Below are positions 28,215 through 32,000 of a DNA stretch of 32,000 nucleotides, one piece after another. How positions within the stretch are numbered: the stretch's first letter is position 1; each line of letters starts with the position of its first letter. The DNA is from Alphaproteobacteria bacterium (GTDB lineage: Bacteria; Pseudomonadota; Alphaproteobacteria; Micropepsales; Micropepsaceae): assembly GCA_947465395.1 (NCBI GenBank), contig CANIAL010000001.1:113672-145671 (forward strand). Reading direction: 5' to 3'. The notes beneath the pieces were generated by a model, which had not been told where the DNA came from, searched no databases, and saw nothing but the letters and a program-made list of their open reading frames with translations. The position numbers and the translations under genes are program-made.

Positions 28215-29308
28215 GCATGCTGGTCACCGGCGGCGCCGGCTTCATTGGTGCCAATTTTGTCCATCACCGCCGCGCCAGCCATCCGCAGGAGCGGCTGGTG
28301 GTGCTGGATGCGCTGACCTATGCCGGCAATCTGCAGAGCATTGCGCCGTTGCTGGACGCCGGCGAGGTTCATTTCGTGCGCGGCGACATCTGCGATGATG
28401 CATTGCTGGCGCGCCTGTTCGCGGAACATGATTTTGCGCAGGTGGTGCATTTTGCTGCCGAAAGTCATGTGGACCGCTCCATCGTGGCGCCCGATGCGTT
28501 TGTTCGCACCAATGTGAACGGTACCCTTTCGCTGCTGAAGGCCGCGCTGGCGGCGCACCGGAAGACCGGCACGTTGCAACGCTTCCACCATGTTTCAACC
28601 GACGAGGTCTATGGCTCGCTGGGGCTCAGTGACCCCGCCTTCCAGGAAACAACGGCCTATGCGCCGCGTTCGCCCTATGCTGCCAGCAAGGCGGCCAGCG
28701 ATCATCTGGTGAATGCTTATGGCCACACCTATGGCTTGCTGATCACCATCAGCAACTGTTCCAACAATTACGGGCCTTTCCATTTTCCGGAAAAGCTGAT
28801 TCCGCTGATGATCGTCAACCTTCTTCAGGGCAAGCCGTTGCCCGTATATGGCCAGGGCGCAAATATACGCGACTGGCTTCATGTCAGCGATCACTGCACG
28901 GCCATCTCCGCGATCCTGGACCGGGGCCGGGCGGGCGAGACTTATAATGTGGGTGGCAACAGCGAAGTGGCGAACCTGGAACTGGTGCACCAGCTTTGCG
29001 ATGCCTTTGACGCGCGTTTTTTGGGCGATCCAGATCTGCGCCGCCGGTTTCCCGCCAGCCCGGCCTCGCAAGGCCGCCCGTCCCGGGAGCTTGTTACCTT
29101 CGTGCAGGATCGGCCGGGGCATGATTACCGCTATGCCGTGGATACGTCCAAGATCTCCGCGGAGCTGGGCGTGCGCCCGCTTGTGGCACTGGCCGACGGC
29201 CTGGCCAGCACCATCGGCTGGTACCTGGACAATGAGGCCTGGTGGCGTTCGGTGATGACCGGCGAATATCAGAACTGGGTCAACTCCCATTACGGTGCGG
29301 CCAGTTGA
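28211..29308 (+). CDS. rfbB: dTDP-glucose 4,6-dehydratase
   Basis: MLVTGGAGFIGANFVHH, HFAAESHVDRSI, STDEVYG, YAASKAASDHLV and RPGHDYRYA, the canonical RmlB motifs. The ATG overlaps the upstream stop (ATGA). Confidence 0.95.
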   Translation: MSMLVTGGAGFIGANFVHHRRASHPQERLVVLDALTYAGNLQSIAPLLDAGEVHFVRGDICDDALLARLFAEHDFAQVVHFAAESHVDRSIVAPDAFVRTNVNGTLSLLKAALAAHRKTGTLQRFHHVSTDEVYGSLGLSDPAFQETTAYAPRSPYAASKAASDHLVNAYGHTYGLLITISNCSNNYGPFHFPEKLIPLMIVNLLQGKPLPVYGQGANIRDWLHVSDHCTAISAILDRGRAGETYNVGGNSEVANLELVHQLCDAFDARFLGDPDLRRRFPASPASQGRPSRELVTFVQDRPGHDYRYAVDTSKISAELGVRPLVALADGLASTIGWYLDNEAWWRSVMTGEYQNWVNSHYGAAS

Positions 29309-29351
29309 CGTTTTTGCTTTCGCCGCGCGGAATATTTTATCAGAGGCGGAT

Positions 29352-29921
29352 ATGCCAGCCCGGCGATTAAGTCTCCTGATACCGTGCCCGGCCCTGCGCA
29401 AACAGAAATTCTCGCTGTGGCTTAATTTCTTCCGCTGGGCATCGGCCTTCGCCGTATTGCTGAACCATGTCGGTGGAATTGTCCTGGTGCCCGTATCCAC
29501 CATTACCGCCGGTCAGAGATCCATCGGCGCATACGCATTCGCCCTTGTGTCGGGCTGGGGCGCATTGGCCGTGATGGTGTTCTTCGTGCTGAGCGGCTTT
29601 TTGGTGGGCGGCCAATATTACGAACAGCTTGTGGAAGGGCGCGGCGACATTCGCGTCTATTTCGTGAAGCGGCTTGTGCGGCTGGGGATCGTGCTGCTCC
29701 CCTGTCTTGTGCTGAGCGCCGTGGCGGGCCTGGGTTTTCACATGGCGCCGACCAGTCCCCTTAAATGGATCGTCGCAATGGGCGCGGTAGTGTTCAGCGT
29801 CGGCATCGCGTTTGCCTTGAGCCTTGTCATGGAAGTTAAAATCGTGCGCAAATGGCTGATCGGGGAAATCCGGCATGTTGGGAACCCCATCGGTCACACG
29901 ATGAAAGTTTTCCAGCCATGA
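29352..29921 (+). CDS. Acyltransferase-3 (OafA/WecH-type O-acyltransferase) family, truncated to 189 aa
   Basis: The family's N-terminal motifs are present with correct spacing: R-X10-H in FFRWASAFAVLLNH, then VFFVLSGFLVGG and FVKRLVRLGIVLLP. The ORF is roughly half the usual length of more than 330 aa. GAGGCGGA lies upstream of the ATG at 29352. Confidence 0.6.
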   Translation: MPARRLSLLIPCPALRKQKFSLWLNFFRWASAFAVLLNHVGGIVLVPVSTITAGQRSIGAYAFALVSGWGALAVMVFFVLSGFLVGGQYYEQLVEGRGDIRVYFVKRLVRLGIVLLPCLVLSAVAGLGFHMAPTSPLKWIVAMGAVVFSVGIAFALSLVMEVKIVRKWLIGEIRHVGNPIGHTMKVFQP

Positions 29922-30715
29922 CCGGACCGGACGCCGCCGCCATGAACTTCAGTTTCGTGATTCCCACCTTCAACCGGGCCGTCCTCGCCGGTAGTGCCGT
30001 TCGCAGCGCCTTGGCATGGCTGGGCGATCACACGGATGGCGAGATCATCGTGGTGGATGACGGCTCCACGGATGGCACCCGGGAACATTTGCAGCAGCAT
30101 TTCGCGCACGCCATGGCGCGCGGGGTGCTGCGCCTTGTGCCATTGGCGAAAAATGGCGGCGTTATCAAGGCCAAGAATGCCGGGGCGCGTGCGGCGAGCG
30201 GGACATGGCTGATCTTCCTGGATTCCGATGACGAGATCATTCCCGCCGCCGCAGCCGCCATGCGGCGCGAGACCACAGCTTTTCCGGAAGTCACCGCGAT
30301 TTTTTTCGGCTGCGAGAATTTTGTCTCGGGCGAATTGATCGGCAGACCGCTGGCTTCGCCCGTAACGGTGACCTTGCACGCATATCTCAATGGCCCGGAC
30401 CATGGCGAAAAATTGCCGGTGGTGCGCAGGGTCGCCGCCCGCCAATTTCCCTATGAGGAGCGGCTGAATGGCTGGGAAGGGCTGGCCTATGCCCGGATGC
30501 TGCGGGCCATAGGTCCCCTGGTCATTTCTCCCGTGGTGGCGCGCCGCTACCGGACCGATGGGGACGACAGGCTTTCTTCAAGCGAGGGGATACGCCGCCG
30601 GGCGCGCTCCATGGCCCTGGGCAACTGGTTGCTGGCGCGCGAATTCCTAGTGCATCTGAAACCTCATCGGACGTTGCGCCATCTGGCCAAGGCCGCATTC
30701 TACAGCCTGCGCTAG
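29918..30715 (+). CDS. Family 2 glycosyltransferase
   Basis: FSFVIPTFNR, IIVVDDGSTDGT and AKNAGARAASGTWLIFLDSDDE (DxD). The ATG at 29918 overlaps the upstream stop (ATGA); ATG at 29942 is an alternative. Confidence 0.85.
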   Translation: MTGPDAAAMNFSFVIPTFNRAVLAGSAVRSALAWLGDHTDGEIIVVDDGSTDGTREHLQQHFAHAMARGVLRLVPLAKNGGVIKAKNAGARAASGTWLIFLDSDDEIIPAAAAAMRRETTAFPEVTAIFFGCENFVSGELIGRPLASPVTVTLHAYLNGPDHGEKLPVVRRVAARQFPYEERLNGWEGLAYARMLRAIGPLVISPVVARRYRTDGDDRLSSSEGIRRRARSMALGNWLLAREFLVHLKPHRTLRHLAKAAFYSLR

Positions 30716-30786
30716 GCGCCCGCGGGGCCAGATTTGGCTCGTACTCCAGCGGCTTAGCGCCTATAAGGACCGGGCTGCAAAGGGCG

Positions 30787-31668
30787 ATGCACATGTCTGC
30801 GACCGGTCGGGAACAATACGGCATAGCCAGGGGGACCTGGGCGCAATATTGGCGCACGCATGTCAACACCGCGTTCCGCCGCCAGGTCGCGTATGGCGTC
30901 ATCGGCGGACTGGTTGGGCTTCTGGGCGGCGCGGTTTATTTCGCGATCACGCCGGATCAATATGATTCCAACGCCATCTTCGTGGTGGCGCCCAACAGCC
31001 TGGCGTCCAGCACCACCGGGAGCGGCCCTGGCGGCTCAGGCCTTGACGGGGCAGCGGCGTCAATCCTGGGCGGGGGATCGTTTTCGGAAGTCGATGTCTA
31101 TATGGGCCAGATACGGTCGCACGACTTCGTTGCGGGTTTTCTCGACAGCCATCCCGACGTGATCAAGGCCTATGGCAGCGCGCTCTCGGATGGCAGCGCG
31201 GGAGCGAATGGCAAGCTGCAGCCCGCGGTAGCCGACAGGTTTCGCAGCGGCTATATGCGGCTTACGCCCACTGCCTCAACGCGCATTTTCCAGCTTACGG
31301 TCAGCGCCCCCAATCCCAAGCTTGCGGCCAGTGTCGGCAAGCAGCTGCTGGCCAGCATGAACGACATGATCCGCAAATCCGCCATCGCAGAGCATCAGGG
31401 CCGCATCAATTTTCTTCGTGAGCAATTGGCGACAGCCGAGAATGTCATGCTGCGGGAATCGATCACAATTCTGGCCACGGAGGAATTGCGCACCCTGACC
31501 CTGGTGGCGGGGTCTGAGGATTACGGCGTCAAGGTCATTGATTCACCATCCTTCAGCGCGGCCAGGGCCTGGCCCCGCCGGTCCATCGTGTTTGGGCTGG
31601 GATTGATCAACGGCGTGCTTGCGGGCGCCTTTCTGTACTGGTTGCGCTATAGCCGCCGATGGTTCTGA
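30787..31668 (+). CDS. Wzz-like polysaccharide co-polymerase / chain-length determinant
   Basis: PCP topology: an N-terminal TM (VAYGVIGGLVGLLGGAVYFAI), a long soluble middle with coiled-coil-like sequence (INFLREQLATAENVMLRESI), and a C-terminal TM (SIVFGLGLINGVLAGAFLYWL). Confidence 0.6.
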   Translation: MHMSATGREQYGIARGTWAQYWRTHVNTAFRRQVAYGVIGGLVGLLGGAVYFAITPDQYDSNAIFVVAPNSLASSTTGSGPGGSGLDGAAASILGGGSFSEVDVYMGQIRSHDFVAGFLDSHPDVIKAYGSALSDGSAGANGKLQPAVADRFRSGYMRLTPTASTRIFQLTVSAPNPKLAASVGKQLLASMNDMIRKSAIAEHQGRINFLREQLATAENVMLRESITILATEELRTLTLVAGSEDYGVKVIDSPSFSAARAWPRRSIVFGLGLINGVLAGAFLYWLRYSRRWF

Positions 31669-32000
31669 CCTTTTTTCTGGCCGCTTTCGCCGCGTCAGCC
31701 TTCCTTTTATGGGTGGCCTATTCCGGCGATTCCGGCCTGATGCGTCCCAGCCTGCTGTCCCCGGCCATTCTGACGACTCTGTTGTTCCTGCTGGGCTATA
31801 TCTGGCGCCCGCTTTTATACCTGATCGATCCTTACCAGGCGGTGGTGTTCCGGGAGTATCACGACCAGTTTGATCCGGGAATGATTGCGCTGCTGATGCT
31901 GGCGGCGACCGTCGGCATTTTTTCCTTCAATATGGGTTTCCGCATGCGGCTGGGCGGGCGGATCGCGGCCAACCTGCCGGAACTGGAATGGCGCAATCGC
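31659..32000 (+). CDS. Polytopic membrane protein, possibly an O-antigen/EPS polymerase (Wzy-like); partial, runs off the right edge
   Basis: Not in the ORF track because it has no stop. From the ATG at 31659 the frame stays open to the window end: MVLTFFLAAFAASAFLLWVAYSG...LLSPAILTTLLFLLGYIW...MIALLMLAATVGIFSF. It overlaps the Wzz-like stop by 10 nt. The polymerase assignment rests on context only. Confidence 0.45.
   Translation, partial: MVLTFFLAAFAASAFLLWVAYSGDSGLMRPSLLSPAILTTLLFLLGYIWRPLLYLIDPYQAVVFREYHDQFDPGMIALLMLAATVGIFSFNMGFRMRLGGRIAANLPELEWRNR

Noticed and set aside
28595-29503. 302-aa minus-strand ORF opposite rmlB
   Set aside because: It is antisense to canonical RmlB and has no recognisable motifs.
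31619-31873. 84-aa plus-strand ORF from the track at the Wzz-like/Wzy-like junction
   Set aside because: Its translation is Pro/Gly/Arg/Ser-rich. The alternative frame starting at 31659 gives consecutive hydrophobic TM segments and stays open to the window edge, so that frame was preferred.
1-32000. Search for tRNA/rRNA genes, CRISPR arrays, IS elements, integrases, or toxin-antitoxin and defence modules
   Set aside because: No intergenic region longer than about 310 bp exists. No spaced direct-repeat array, terminal inverted repeats, transposase or integrase-like translation, or cloverleaf-like sequence was noticed by eye. A computational scan (tRNAscan, Infernal, ISfinder-type search) would be needed for certainty.

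Overview
High-GC (about 65-70% in most genes) chromosomal window. The GAAC-N7-GAAC SOS box and the gene order suggest an alphaproteobacterium, possibly Rhodospirillales or Acetobacteraceae-like. All calls come from reading motifs in the supplied translations and the DNA; no homology search was run.

The window has two parts.

(1) 1-11.1 kb is a housekeeping block. It holds a partial CDS, a polytopic membrane protein, a TPR/GT41 SPINDLY-like glycosyltransferase, uvrA (minus strand), a divergent ssb with a LexA-type box between them, a trypsin-like lipoprotein protease, gyrA, coaD and a cyclophilin PPIase.

(2) 11.1-32 kb is an accessory cell-surface glycan island.
- A minus-strand phosphonate operon encodes a cytidylyltransferase-PEP mutase fusion, phosphonopyruvate decarboxylase, an Fe-alcohol dehydrogenase and a sulfotransferase-fold protein.
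- A PhyH-type 2OG dioxygenase and a DegT aminotransferase converge on that operon.
- A long plus-strand operon diverges from it. It encodes an EPS-type MarR regulator with an extra C-terminal domain, an MsbA/PglK-like ABC exporter, and rmlA/rmlC/rmlB without rmlD.
- The same operon also carries a TylC3/NovU-type sugar C-methyltransferase, an FdtA-like 3,4-ketoisomerase, a second DegT aminotransferase, two SDRs and a small SAM methyltransferase.
- It ends with two glycosyltransferase-like genes, a truncated acyltransferase-3, and Wzz-like and Wzy-like genes.

The most interesting signal is the phosphonate operon. Its gene content predicts a hydroxyethylphosphonate-type head group rather than 2-AEP. 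The tailoring genes (sulfotransferase fold, PhyH oxygenase) are ones I cannot match to a characterised phosphonate pathway.

No tRNA, rRNA, CRISPR array or IS element was recognised. The many long antisense ORFs in the track look like GC-rich shadow frames.
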